NCBI GenBank assembly: GCA_023253575.1
Contig: JALRGB010000124.1
Location: 1-29,487 of the forward strand
DNA length: 29,487 nt
Direction: 5' to 3'
Source of the DNA: Verrucomicrobiales bacterium
Lineage (GTDB): Bacteria > Verrucomicrobiota > Verrucomicrobiia > Verrucomicrobiales > V1-33
A program made the translations under genes and the position numbers. Below are positions 1 to 10,400 of the stretch, in pieces. The notes below the pieces were generated by a model, which searched no databases, was not told where the DNA came from, and worked only from the letters and a program-made list of their open reading frames with translations. The stretch's first letter is position 1; each line of letters opens with the position of its first letter.

Positions 1-117
1 TGGCTGCCGTCTTTTTTGCCCGATAGGATAATGACCCAGCTGAGGCGCATGATTAGAGCCAAGTCCGTCGGTCTTAACCGACCCGAGCAGCTTCTATACC
101 CTCTGCATTCTGCATGA

Positions 118-216
118 AGCCGCCAGGGAACCGCGACAAATCCGGACTGGTTACCGTTGCTTCCTCTCGGACCTGGCGGGGTTGGCCGGCCGAAAATCCG
201 CGGCCCCTGACGGGAG
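118..216 (-). ncRNA. ffs: Signal recognition particle RNA (small bacterial SRP / 4.5S RNA)
   Basis: The minus strand reads CCCCGCCAGGTCCGAGAGGAAGCAACGG, the conserved SRP domain IV core (GNRA loop GAGA). It is closed by a terminal helix CCGTCAGGGGCCGCGGA / TCGCGGTTCCCTGGCGG. Ends are approximate. Confidence 0.9.
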
Positions 217-219
217 GAT

Positions 220-225
220 AGCTTA
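220..225 (-). promoter_or_regulatory. Candidate -10 element (TAAGCT) for SRP RNA
   Basis: TANNNT hexamer about 6-7 nt upstream of the predicted SRP 5' helix; no good -35 at 17 nt. Confidence 0.4.
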
Positions 226-242
226 GGTTCAAACCCCGAAGT

Positions 243-2345
243 TCAAGAACCAAAATGCGAATTTTGCGCGGCGGCCGCGACCCGCAAATCGTCCAATTCA
301 ACCTCAAACCCACCGCTCAGAATCGGCCATCGACACCACGTTTTGGGATCGAGATTCTCATCATCCAGATGAAAACTGGGCGCGTACCGCTCGCGTTTCC
401 ATTGGTTACGACTCCACAGTCTATAGAATCGCTCGACCCACGCTGCCAGTGGCCCGGCTTCGTAGTGGGGAAATTCCCGCTGCACGAGCTGCCACACTTC
501 GAGCGGCGGCAATTTGTCGCGAATGGCCAGCCGTTCAATGGCATCGAGCAGCGGATAGGGCATAAGGTCCGCCTCATCCGTCTGCGCGGCACCGGGAGGA
601 CGCAGCTCAGCCGTTGGCGCCTGCGCCGTGACCGCCTGCAATTCAGGGAGGAACAAACGCATCCCGTTCCGCAAGCGGGGGCCGCGGTTTTCAAGCCAGC
701 ACAGCCAGTGGCGCAGAAACGCCTTGTCAATTCCAGCAATGGGGGCCAGCCCGCCCGAGGTGTCGCCATCCATGGTCGCATACCCAACGGCTGCTTCACT
801 GCGGTTGCTGGTGCTGAGTAGTAACCCGCCGGTCAGATTGGTCAGCATCCAGATCCCGGGCGACCTGACGCGCGCCTGAATGTTCTGCAGCGCAATGTCG
901 TCCGCAGACCATTCCAGCGAGCGGCCCAGCGCCTGCTCGATGGTCTGCACATACCCCTGATGTAAGGCCGTCACATCCAATTCAAAATGTCGCGCCCCAA
1001 CCGCCCCGGCCACCGTCTGGGCCGCCTGACGGGTGACCGGTCCGCTGTTTTCCGTGGCCTGATAGGCCGTCGTCAAAAGCCACCGCGTCAGCGTACGCGC
1101 CAGTATCGCCTCATCGGCCTCGGAACCATCCGCCGCTGACACCAGCTCGCGATAATAACCCAGCTTGGCCACCAGCTCCGCCCTCCCAATCTCATCCAGC
1201 GCCAACCGCACCATCAAATGCACCAGACAAGCCACCGCCGCCGAATCCGCACCACCACTCAACGAAACCACAAACCCCCGAGCCCGGCATTTGCGCAGAT
1301 AATCAAATAACGCCAATGCCTCGGCACGCGCAAATTCCTCTTCCTTCAAATCATCAGTCTTCTGCCAGTAATCACCGCGAGCCTCAAAACCACTAGTCCG
1401 ACTGACCGCCGCCGCCGCCAACAACGGCCACCTGAATCCAGCCACCATCAACAACGGATCATCCCCCGTCAAATCAGGCCGAAAACTGGAAGTGCGCGCC
1501 TGCGCCATCCGCGTCGCCTCCACATCTACCACCGCATCAGTCACCAGAAAATCCGCAAACGAAAACCGCTCACCCTCAGCTACCAAACACCCGCCCGTCG
1601 CAATCATAGCATCACCATCGTAAATCGCCCGGCCCGCTTCATTGCCAAGAAGATTCGCATACACATACGTCGCATTGAACGCCCGCGACCCCTCCAGCAC
1701 AAATCGACGCCGCACCTCCAGCTTGCCAAAGGCAAAATGACTCGCACTCGGATTCAAAATCAAATCAACCCCCAGCCTAGCCAGCCCCGCCCCAGGCCGC
1801 GCCGCCACCCAAGCGTCTTCACAAATTTCAAAACCCAAACGCACCCCGCCAATGTCGAAAATAAGATCCCCTATCGGCAGCAAAACCGCACTCCCAGCAC
1901 CACCCGCTCCCTCACCGTCCGGCTCAGGCGGAGTGAAAACATCGCGAACCCCCACCGGCCACGCCTTAAACCACCGCGGTTCATAATGAATGCCGTCGCC
2001 CGCCAGAAATCGCTTGGCCACCAGTCCCGCCGCCACCCCATCAATCATCACCATCACACAATTATAAACTCCCCCCTGATGCCAAACCGGCAGCCCAACA
2101 CTCACCACCATGCCATGCGTCTCCTGCAACAGCTCGGACATCATCAACCACGCCCGCCGATGCGTATTCGCCGAAAGAAACGCATCTTCACACCCGTAGC
2201 CAGTCAAACACAACTCCGGTAAACACAAAACCGACACTCCACGGCTCCGAGCCTCCCGAATAGCCGCCTGACACCGCAACAGGTTTCCACGCCAGTCCAA
2301 TGGCGTCTGGTTCAACACCGCAGCAGCAACATGGATCAGTTTCAT
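243..2345 (-). CDS. nadE: Glutamine-dependent NAD+ synthetase
   Basis: N-terminal nitrilase-family glutaminase domain (PELCLTGY, EICEDAW) fused to a synthetase domain (SLSGGADS, NIQARVR, TSNRSEAAVGYATMDGD, PTAELRP). Confidence 0.97.
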   Translation of the reverse strand: MKLIHVAAAVLNQTPLDWRGNLLRCQAAIREARSRGVSVLCLPELCLTGYGCEDAFLSANTHRRAWLMMSELLQETHGMVVSVGLPVWHQGGVYNCVMVMIDGVAAGLVAKRFLAGDGIHYEPRWFKAWPVGVRDVFTPPEPDGEGAGGAGSAVLLPIGDLIFDIGGVRLGFEICEDAWVAARPGAGLARLGVDLILNPSASHFAFGKLEVRRRFVLEGSRAFNATYVYANLLGNEAGRAIYDGDAMIATGGCLVAEGERFSFADFLVTDAVVDVEATRMAQARTSSFRPDLTGDDPLLMVAGFRWPLLAAAAVSRTSGFEARGDYWQKTDDLKEEEFARAEALALFDYLRKCRARGFVVSLSGGADSAAVACLVHLMVRLALDEIGRAELVAKLGYYRELVSAADGSEADEAILARTLTRWLLTTAYQATENSGPVTRQAAQTVAGAVGARHFELDVTALHQGYVQTIEQALGRSLEWSADDIALQNIQARVRSPGIWMLTNLTGGLLLSTSNRSEAAVGYATMDGDTSGGLAPIAGIDKAFLRHWLCWLENRGPRLRNGMRLFLPELQAVTAQAPTAELRPPGAAQTDEADLMPYPLLDAIERLAIRDKLPPLEVWQLVQREFPHYEAGPLAAWVERFYRLWSRNQWKRERYAPSFHLDDENLDPKTWCRWPILSGGFEVELDDLRVAAAAQNSHFGS

Positions 2346-2541
2346 CAGATCATCATCTACCCTTCAATCCGCCTCCAATCAATGAATGACACCCACAGAG
2401 AAAATCACATCCAAACCATCCTCCACACCACCCCACCACCCCAGAAAAACCACCCCCGCCAACACCTCCAAATCAAACATGCCTCTTGATTGAAACCATT
2501 TCTCCCGCGACAAACCTCTGATGACCACGGACAGGTGCTCC

Positions 2542-3405
2542 ATGACGACTGAGCAGGTGATTGCAGCGGCTTTGGCCGAGGATGTGGGCGCGGGTGACGT
2601 GACCACCCAGTTCTTTGTCCCCGAAGGCGAACACGCGCGGGGCCGGATTTTTACCAAGGAACCCGGAGTCGCCGCTGGCACATCCGTGGCGTCCGACGTA
2701 TTTCGAGCCGTCGATCCATCCATCGAAATCAAGATACTCAAACCTGATGGAGCCATGCTCGTCAAAGGCGATACCCTGCTGGAAATCGCTGGCCCCACCC
2801 GCTCGCTGCTGACCGCCGAACGAACGGCCCTCAACTTCATGCAACGACTCAGCGGCGTCGCCACCCTGACACGACGCTACGTCGAAGCAGTCGCCGGCAC
2901 CAGAGCCGCCATCCTCGATACCCGCAAAACAACTCCTCTCCTGCGGGAACTCGAAAAACAGGCCGTCGCCGCCGGAGGCGGCATGAACCACCGCCGCGGC
3001 CTGTACGACGCCGTCATGGTCAAAGATAATCACCTGCTGGCTGAATCACGCCCCGAAGCACTGCAACAGGGCATCAACGCCGCCCGCGCCGCCCACCCCG
3101 GCATCCGCATCGAACTGGAAGCCGATACCCTAGACCAGTTTCGTGAATTCTTGAAATTGACCGGGGTCGACTGGATCCTGCTCGACAACATGCCACGAGC
3201 CCACCTGCGCGAAGCCGTGGCCCTCGTCCGCACCCTGCCACCGGAACGGCGAGTCAAACTGGAGGCCAGCGGTGGAGTCACCATCGAGACGGTACGCCCG
3301 ATTGCTGAGACCGGCGTTGATTACGTCTCGATCGGAGCCCTGACCCACTCAGCCCGCGCACTTGATCTTTCGTTGGAACTGACGCGCTCGCCAGGCGCAG
3401 ACTGA
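2542..3405 (+). CDS. nadC: Nicotinate-nucleotide diphosphorylase (quinolinate phosphoribosyltransferase)
   Basis: Motifs EDVGAGDVTT, LTAERTALN, DTRKTTP, NHRRGLYDAVMVKDNH, LLDNM, EASGG, SIGALTHS. Start could be 2521 or 2542. Confidence 0.96.
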   Translation: MTTEQVIAAALAEDVGAGDVTTQFFVPEGEHARGRIFTKEPGVAAGTSVASDVFRAVDPSIEIKILKPDGAMLVKGDTLLEIAGPTRSLLTAERTALNFMQRLSGVATLTRRYVEAVAGTRAAILDTRKTTPLLRELEKQAVAAGGGMNHRRGLYDAVMVKDNHLLAESRPEALQQGINAARAAHPGIRIELEADTLDQFREFLKLTGVDWILLDNMPRAHLREAVALVRTLPPERRVKLEASGGVTIETVRPIAETGVDYVSIGALTHSARALDLSLELTRSPGAD

Positions 3406-4205
3406 TGAATAAGGAATTTGCACACCACCGGCTCGCCTCCTCGCTGGCCGGCCAACGCATCGGTCACACCGTCATTTTCCATCCGGAAACGGCATCCACC
3501 AATGACGTGGCCCGCTCGCTGGCCGAAACCGGCCACCCGCATGGCATCACCGTCGTCGCCGACCACCAGACCGCCGGCCGCGGTCGCCGCGGGGCTGAAT
3601 GGTTCTCGCCGCCACGAAAGAATCTGCTGCTCTCGGTCCTCCTCCGGCCAGCCGCCCCCGCCAGTGAATGGCCGCGCCTGACGCACCTCGCCGCCCTCGC
3701 CGTCTGCGAAGGAATCGAAATCACTCTCCCCGCGCTGCGCCCACAGGTCAAATGGCCCAACGACATCTTCCTGTCCGGCCGCAAGGTCGCCGGTCTGCTG
3801 CTCGAAAGCTCCTTTCCCGCCCACGCCGCACCTTTCGCCATTCTCGGCCTCGGCCTGAATGTCAACCTCGCCACGCGTGACCTCCCTCCAGAACTCCGCC
3901 CCATCACCACCTCGCTCGCTATCGAAACAAGCCAGCCGGAAATCAGACGCGAATCCGTGGCCGCGGCCATCCTGCGCGCCCTCGACCGCCTGCTCATGCG
4001 CCCGGCAGGCGAATTCCCAATGCGCTTAGATGAACTGCGCCGCCGCAGCCTGCTCCTCGGCCGCCACGTGCGCGCCGGAGTAGCCGGCCGCGAGCTGACC
4101 GGCATCGCCGATGACCTCGGCCCCAGCGGAGAATTGATCGTCATGGAGGCCGATGGCACTCGCCGGGAACTGAACGCCGTCGATTACGTCAGATTGCTCG
4201 CGTAA
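3405..4205 (+). CDS. birA: Biotin-[acetyl-CoA carboxylase] ligase, no N-terminal HTH
   Basis: Motifs STND, QTAGRGRRG, KWPND, KVAGLL, GLGLNVN. Start overlaps the nadC stop (TGATG). Confidence 0.94.
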   Translation: MNKEFAHHRLASSLAGQRIGHTVIFHPETASTNDVARSLAETGHPHGITVVADHQTAGRGRRGAEWFSPPRKNLLLSVLLRPAAPASEWPRLTHLAALAVCEGIEITLPALRPQVKWPNDIFLSGRKVAGLLLESSFPAHAAPFAILGLGLNVNLATRDLPPELRPITTSLAIETSQPEIRRESVAAAILRALDRLLMRPAGEFPMRLDELRRRSLLLGRHVRAGVAGRELTGIADDLGPSGELIVMEADGTRRELNAVDYVRLLA

Positions 4206-4273
4206 AATCCAGACCTCCCCCAGACCGCCCCCAAGCCGCCCACATCGGCCCTCCCCGCACCACCTCCCCCCGT

Positions 4274-5890
4274 TCACGGCCGGACGATTTCAAGTCGCTC
4301 TGCATAAAGCAAGGGCACATCGAAACGCAGAAAATCATCGGTCAAATTCACCTTTGCATGCGCCCGCTGATCCAGCCAAGGAGTCAAGGTCAGTCGAACT
4401 TTCTGCCCAGGCTTCAGCCGGGCCGCCGGTTGAACCACCCGGTTTCGAAAATTCCACATCACCACATAGGCTTCTTCCTCGGCATATTCACCGTCGAGGA
4501 CACGATCCACGGTGAATTCAGCCGTAAAAACAGCATCGGGGTAGTTGACCGAATTCATATCAAGCACCTCAGAGCAAGCCTTTAAGGTGGCTTCGACTAC
4601 CACCGCCCGAGCCGCAGGAGCCGCTCCAGCCTTCGCCTCCGCCGTATTAAAAACAACCCGCTCCCACGTCACACCGTTTTCCCGCGCCACCGCCGGGTCC
4701 ATGAAAAGATCTCGCTCAGCCAAGACCCAGATGACAACTTTTTTGGATCGCACCACGTCATCGGGCAGCGCCGCCAGCCGCTGCCGCACCTGGGTAGCTC
4801 CGCCACCGTTCATCGCAATCACATGCAGCGGCTCGCCCAGACAGGCGCTCAACCACGAACCAAACCCCGCACCCGCTTGATGAAAAGGTAGCCCCTCCTC
4901 ATCATACATATTCACGTTGGAGTCACCCAGCAGCACCGTCGACGCCGCGGCACTGGCCTCAAGTGGCGCCGTGACCGCAACACGGGCCGTCGTCCGCAAG
5001 GAAGCCTGCCGATCGCGCCCCACACCCAGCAACCCCGCCAGATCCCCCCGATCCACCAGCACCGGCTCAGCGACGATAGCCGGCATCGCCCAGTCATCAC
5101 CCCGGAGGTGCGCCGCAACCCGGGCCGCCGCCACCCGCGCCCCCGACGATTCCCAATGCGTATCCTGCGCCAGAAAAGGAATATCATCCTGCAAATCAAC
5201 AATTTCCATTTCAGTCCGCAAGGAGTCCAAAAACCGCGCGGCCTCGGGATGGCGCACGCGGCCAGGACCACTCCCCAGCCCCGCCCTTCCGCCCAGAAAT
5301 TGCGGCCGCATCCCGGCCTTGTCCGGCACCGGCACCAGAACGAGTCGAATGCCGCGCTCCTTCAACTGCGCGGCAAAACTCTTGATGACAGCGATCTGCC
5401 CCTCCCATTCCTTGAGCGCCGGATCCTTCGCCACCGAATGAGTGGGACCAAGAACCGGCCCACGCCCGGTCAGCGCCCGCACCCCCGGACGATGAAAAAA
5501 CCATCCATCGCGGCCCATGATCACCTTGCGATTACCTTCCTGAAACAACCCGGACAACCCTGACTGCATCCGCTCGCGCACCGGCAGCAACCACACCGCC
5601 TCATCAATCCGTTTTTCCACCGCCCGCAACCGGTCCACCACCAGCCCGGCCTCTGGTCGAAAAATTCCCGCCACCGCATCGCGCACGCTGTCCTGCGAAA
5701 ACTCACGCCAGACGCCCGGAAGAGTGATCATCACTCCGAAAACGGCAATCAACACCCAGGCCAAGCGGTTCGAGAAACGCACATCCTGCGGCCAAGGCGC
5801 ACCCGGATCATCCCCCCCGCTTCGCGCCGTCGGAGGAAGCCCCAACCCGCAACCGCCAGAGACCGGCGTGATGTCATGAGGGTCATTCAT
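4274..5890 (-). CDS. AlgJ/AlgX-family SGNH-like O-acetyltransferase with extra C-terminal domain
   Basis: N-terminal TM segment, GRDGWFF, VPVPDK, DTHW (DxH) and GDSN (Ser) motifs. ATG at 5890 overlaps the upstream MBOAT stop. Confidence 0.85.
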   Translation of the reverse strand: MNDPHDITPVSGGCGLGLPPTARSGGDDPGAPWPQDVRFSNRLAWVLIAVFGVMITLPGVWREFSQDSVRDAVAGIFRPEAGLVVDRLRAVEKRIDEAVWLLPVRERMQSGLSGLFQEGNRKVIMGRDGWFFHRPGVRALTGRGPVLGPTHSVAKDPALKEWEGQIAVIKSFAAQLKERGIRLVLVPVPDKAGMRPQFLGGRAGLGSGPGRVRHPEAARFLDSLRTEMEIVDLQDDIPFLAQDTHWESSGARVAAARVAAHLRGDDWAMPAIVAEPVLVDRGDLAGLLGVGRDRQASLRTTARVAVTAPLEASAAASTVLLGDSNVNMYDEEGLPFHQAGAGFGSWLSACLGEPLHVIAMNGGGATQVRQRLAALPDDVVRSKKVVIWVLAERDLFMDPAVARENGVTWERVVFNTAEAKAGAAPAARAVVVEATLKACSEVLDMNSVNYPDAVFTAEFTVDRVLDGEYAEEEAYVVMWNFRNRVVQPAARLKPGQKVRLTLTPWLDQRAHAKVNLTDDFLRFDVPLLYAERLEIVRP

Positions 5891-7311
5891 CAAAACTGGA
5901 AATACAAAAACGGATTAAACCCCTGAGTAAACATCATGGCCACCGCTAGCACCAGCAGCAACAATGCCGCCACCACCTTCCATGGCGTCAGCACCCGGAG
6001 CATAGTCTGAGTGTTCGGCACCAAAAACACCACCCCCAAACCGAGACCCAACATCGTCAGATTATACGGAACCATCATCTCCGCCCGCAACAACCAGGCC
6101 GCATCCGCCGTCCCACGCCGCCCCGCCAAAGCCTCAAAATACTGCGCCGCCACCGTCAGAGTATCACTTCGGAAAAAAACCCAGCCCGCCAGCACAATCA
6201 AAAATGTCGATCCTGCCGCACAGGGACGCGGCCACCAGACGACCGGCACAACCCGCCCCAATACTCGCTCCAGTACCAAGACCCCACCATGCAGTACCCC
6301 CCAAGCGACAAACGTCCAGTTGGCCCCATGCCAAAGACCACCCAACACCATCACCATCATCAAATTCACATACATGCGGCCGTCGCCATGACGATTCCCC
6401 CCCAGCGGGATATACACATAGTCACGCAGAAACGTGCTCAGCGAAATGTGCCACCGCCTCCAGAATTCACTCAAACTACCAGACCGGTATGGAGAAGCAA
6501 AATTCTCGTCGAACGTAAATCCAAACATCCGGCCCAACCCAATCGCCATGTCCGAATAAGCAGAGAAATCAAAGTAGATCTGCAACGCATACGCCACTAA
6601 TCCGATCCACGCGGTGGAAAAACCAAGCACATCCGGGTGAGCCGCAAAAGCTGAATCCGCCACCGGCCCCATCGGATTTGCCAGCAGGATTTTCTTAGCA
6701 AATCCCATGCTGAACCGCGTCAACCCACAGACAAATCCAGCCGCCGTATGAGGCCGCTCCACCAACTGGCTGGCCACCGTTTCGTAACGAACAATCGGCC
6801 CAGCCACCAGCTGAGGGTAAAGCGAAACATACGCCGCAAAATGTAAAAACGTCGGCGCCAGCCGGGCATGACCGCGATACAAATCAATGCAGTAACTCAT
6901 GCTCTGAAATGTATAAAATGAGATCCCCACCGGCAGCACAATCCGCGTCACCCACTCCGGCGCCACCCATACCCCGAAACCAAGCGCTTCCGCCACCCCG
7001 CCGGCCGCCCCCACCGCAAATCCGCAATACTTGAAAAATGCCAGAATCGCAAGATTCGAGACCACCGAAAGGACCAACCCAAGCCGCCGCCGCCGCCGAC
7101 CCGCCCCAGGCGCCCCCACAAGCAAACCACCCGCATAATCAATAGCCGTGGAAATAAACATGAGCACGCAAAACCACGGGTTCCACCACCCGTAAAAAGC
7201 ATACCCCGTCAGCGCCAGCACTCCGATCCTCCACGCCTTTGGCACCGCATAATACAGCAGCAGCGAAAGTGGAAGAAAATAAAAGAGAAACAGATGTGAA
7301 GAGAAAACCAC
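5890..7311 (-). CDS. AlgI/PatA/DltB-like MBOAT O-acyltransferase
   Basis: GTG start gives MVFSSHLFLFYFLP. Motifs LPVGISFYTFQ, YFDFSAYSDMAIG, NFASPY, EFWRRWHISLS, GLWHGANWTF (catalytic His). Confidence 0.93.
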   Translation of the reverse strand: MVFSSHLFLFYFLPLSLLLYYAVPKAWRIGVLALTGYAFYGWWNPWFCVLMFISTAIDYAGGLLVGAPGAGRRRRRLGLVLSVVSNLAILAFFKYCGFAVGAAGGVAEALGFGVWVAPEWVTRIVLPVGISFYTFQSMSYCIDLYRGHARLAPTFLHFAAYVSLYPQLVAGPIVRYETVASQLVERPHTAAGFVCGLTRFSMGFAKKILLANPMGPVADSAFAAHPDVLGFSTAWIGLVAYALQIYFDFSAYSDMAIGLGRMFGFTFDENFASPYRSGSLSEFWRRWHISLSTFLRDYVYIPLGGNRHGDGRMYVNLMMVMVLGGLWHGANWTFVAWGVLHGGVLVLERVLGRVVPVVWWPRPCAAGSTFLIVLAGWVFFRSDTLTVAAQYFEALAGRRGTADAAWLLRAEMMVPYNLTMLGLGLGVVFLVPNTQTMLRVLTPWKVVAALLLLVLAVAMMFTQGFNPFLYFQF

Positions 7312-7493
7312 GCTGTAATCGACAACCCGGCCAGCCCGGCACCGCAGAACGCGCCAGCCCGCCGCCTGAGAGTGTGGCACAGGCTACCTCCCGAGCAATC
7401 AGGCAATCACCAGCCTAAAATTTCATTGCCGATACATGCCCCGCACCGCTTCCCTCCACTGCCACTTTTATTCATGGCGCAAACAAAGCCCGG

Positions 7494-10400
7494 TTACTCG
7501 GACTGATGGCCGCTGGAACCGAGCAGAAAACCCATCAAATCATAAAAATCAGCTTCAGGAATCGAAAGCCCAAAAGCCGCAGGCATCAATGAAAGCCCGG
7601 TCACTTCGTTCTTTTTAATGTCAGCCCGCGGAATGCGCTGCTCCCGGCCGGTCGCATCGACACAAAGCAGCACCTCGCCCAGCAATCCGCGCTCTAATCC
7701 AGCGACCACACTGCCGTCGTTTTTGTAAATAAGATGAACGTGAAAATTGGAGTCGATGTTCCGGTTGGGATCAAGAATATCCTCCATCAGACGCTCCGCA
7801 CCGCGCTGACCAACGCCTTCCAGCTGCGGACCCACCAGCGCGCCCTGACCGTTAATGGCGTGACAATTAGCGCAGTGCAGCGCAAAAACCCGGCCCCCAT
7901 GCGCCACATCAGGCGTGACCGCCGCAAACGACTTGAGCCGCTGCTGGATGAGCGCATCGAGCTCGGCGCGTTGTTCGACTGTGACAGTCGAGGGCGGAGC
8001 GGGCGGCGGAGGCGGGAGAAAACCAGCCAGCTTCTCACGCAGATCTCGCGGTGCCGAATACTGCAGCAACGAGGCCAGTGACTGCAGCTGACCCCGCGCC
8101 TGATCCTGCCGTTGGAAATTCTCAACGGGCACCACCGCCGGATCGATCCCCCCGACCGCCAGCCACGCATAAGCGTCACCCGTATCTCCATCCACGATTT
8201 CCAGACGCCGCGAGCCGCCCGTCGGCGATGCTGGCAGCTCCGACGCCACCCAACGCACCCTCTGCCCGGCATCCGTGCGCGGAGGATAAACCCGCACCAC
8301 TTCCGCACCCGTCACCCCATCCACCAACCGCACAAAACTCCGCTCATGCGCCGGCTGATCCGGCGGCCCACGATGCCCGCATAGCCAGAAACTCAAGACC
8401 TCTGGCATCACAAACGGCTTGGATCGCAGCAACCCAGTGCGCTTCTCCCACTCGCCCCCAGAAACCGGAAGACTAGAAATCATTGTTATTTCAACACCAT
8501 CCAGAGCCGGTCGCTTCTGCAGTCCCCAAGGTGATGGCTGCCCCGACGGCCCGTCCGTCACCACTTCCCAGTCAGGCGCCTCGGCCTCGCCAAACACCCC
8601 CAAAAGACCAGCCGCCACCTCCTGCGCCCACCCGAGAACCACCGCGTCCAGAGGAACGCCGCGCTCAGCCAGTCCATTGGCCACCGCCTGCACCAGCTCC
8701 GCCTGCACCGCCCCATCACCCGCCAATCGCTCGCGCGCCAGCGCCACCAACTGCGGCACTTCCACCACCGGCAAATACCGCGCCAGACTGGTCAATGACT
8801 GCACCAAATCAGCGCCGCCCGCATCTCCCTTCCGCAGATGCCGCAACAGCCAAGCCGCCGCCTCCGGCGTCGGTATCGTCCTCGCCAGCCCCCGAACGGC
8901 CACCGCCTCCGGTCCCTCGACCGGCACCCCATCAAATCCACCCGGCGCCGTCAGCGCATGCCTCATCGCCAGCTGCAACACATGACGCAACGTGACATCC
9001 CCGGCACCCGCCGTGGCTTCCATCGCCCGGATCACCGGCCTCGACACCGACCCCGCCGGCCCATTCAAAAACGATTCCGCCCACTGCCGGACCGTCCGCG
9101 CCGGCAACGTCGACACCACAGCCACGTCCAAACCGTCCGGCACCACACCAAAACGTACCTGCTGCGCCAACTGCTGCTCAACAGTCAGATCCCGCTTCAC
9201 GGACTGTACCCCGTCCTTGACCACCCGCCAGATACGCCCACTCGTCCGGTCGCGTCCCGGATGATGCAAATCAACTTCATAATGACCAATCACTTTGTTG
9301 TAAAAATCAGCCACATAAACAGCCCCGTCGGGACCGAGCTGCATGTCCACCGGCCGAAACCACAAATCACTCGTGGAAATAAAATCCGGCTGTTCCACTG
9401 CCTTCGGCGTCGCTCCCTCAAAGACAATATGATCACGGTTGATCCTCGATGTCACCGGATTGCAGACCAACAAATGATCGTTCCACTCCGCCCCCCAAAC
9501 ACCGCCGTCAAAATAAAGCGGCCCGCAAATCCCCGTGGAACCGTGGCTGTGCTCGCACAACACCGGCCCAAAACCAAGCCCCAGATCCGGACGCCCAAAA
9601 CTAGGGTAGGCCGCCCCACGGATCAACTGGGTGACCGGGTTGGAATGGCAGTCGGCCGAATAAAGATGCCCCCATGAATCCCACGTCAATCCGAATGGAT
9701 TCACCTGCCCCCACGCCCAGATCTCCACCGCCGAGCCGTCTGGCTTGAAGCGAAACACATTGCCTGACTGCAACTCCAGTGAATCGCCCCAATCGAGCTG
9801 CTCACGCGGCTGGTTGGCATTGGCATAACTGGGCGTTGGCCGTCGCGGAGCATCAGGGTCAACCGGGGTCGAGCGGTTCTCCGGCCGTACTTCCAACCGC
9901 GAGACATTGTTAAATCCATGCGTGGCATAGACCCACCCGTCCGGCCCCATCCGCAAACTCGCAATATTTCCATGAGTGTCCTTCTCATACCCAAGAGGAC
10001 CAAATAAAACCTTCCGCCGGTCACACTTCCCGTCACCATCCGTGTCCTCAAAATACCAGATGTTCGGAATACTCCACGCAATGCAGCCGTTGCCATACGG
10101 TAACACCCCAATCGGCACGTTCAGACCATCCACAAAATCAGTCACTTTGTCCGCACGGCCGTCACCATTCGTGTCCTCCAGAATCTTGATCGCATCCTTG
10201 CTGTCCTGAACTCTCGACCCCTGAGCATCCGCCCAGCGTTCCTTCGCCGCAGGAAAAGGATATTCCGTATTCGATGTAACCCAGAGCCGCCCCCTCGCGT
10301 CAAACGCCAGATTGATCGGCTTGTTGATCATCGGCTCACTGGCAAAAAGTTCGATCTTAAAACCAGGCGGTAACGAGAACGAGGACGCCTGCTGCTCCGC

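Noticed and set aside
2345-2356. Three-codon uORF (ATG ATG ATC TGA) overlapping the nadE start
   Set aside because: Too short to distinguish from chance in an ATG/TGA-rich stretch.
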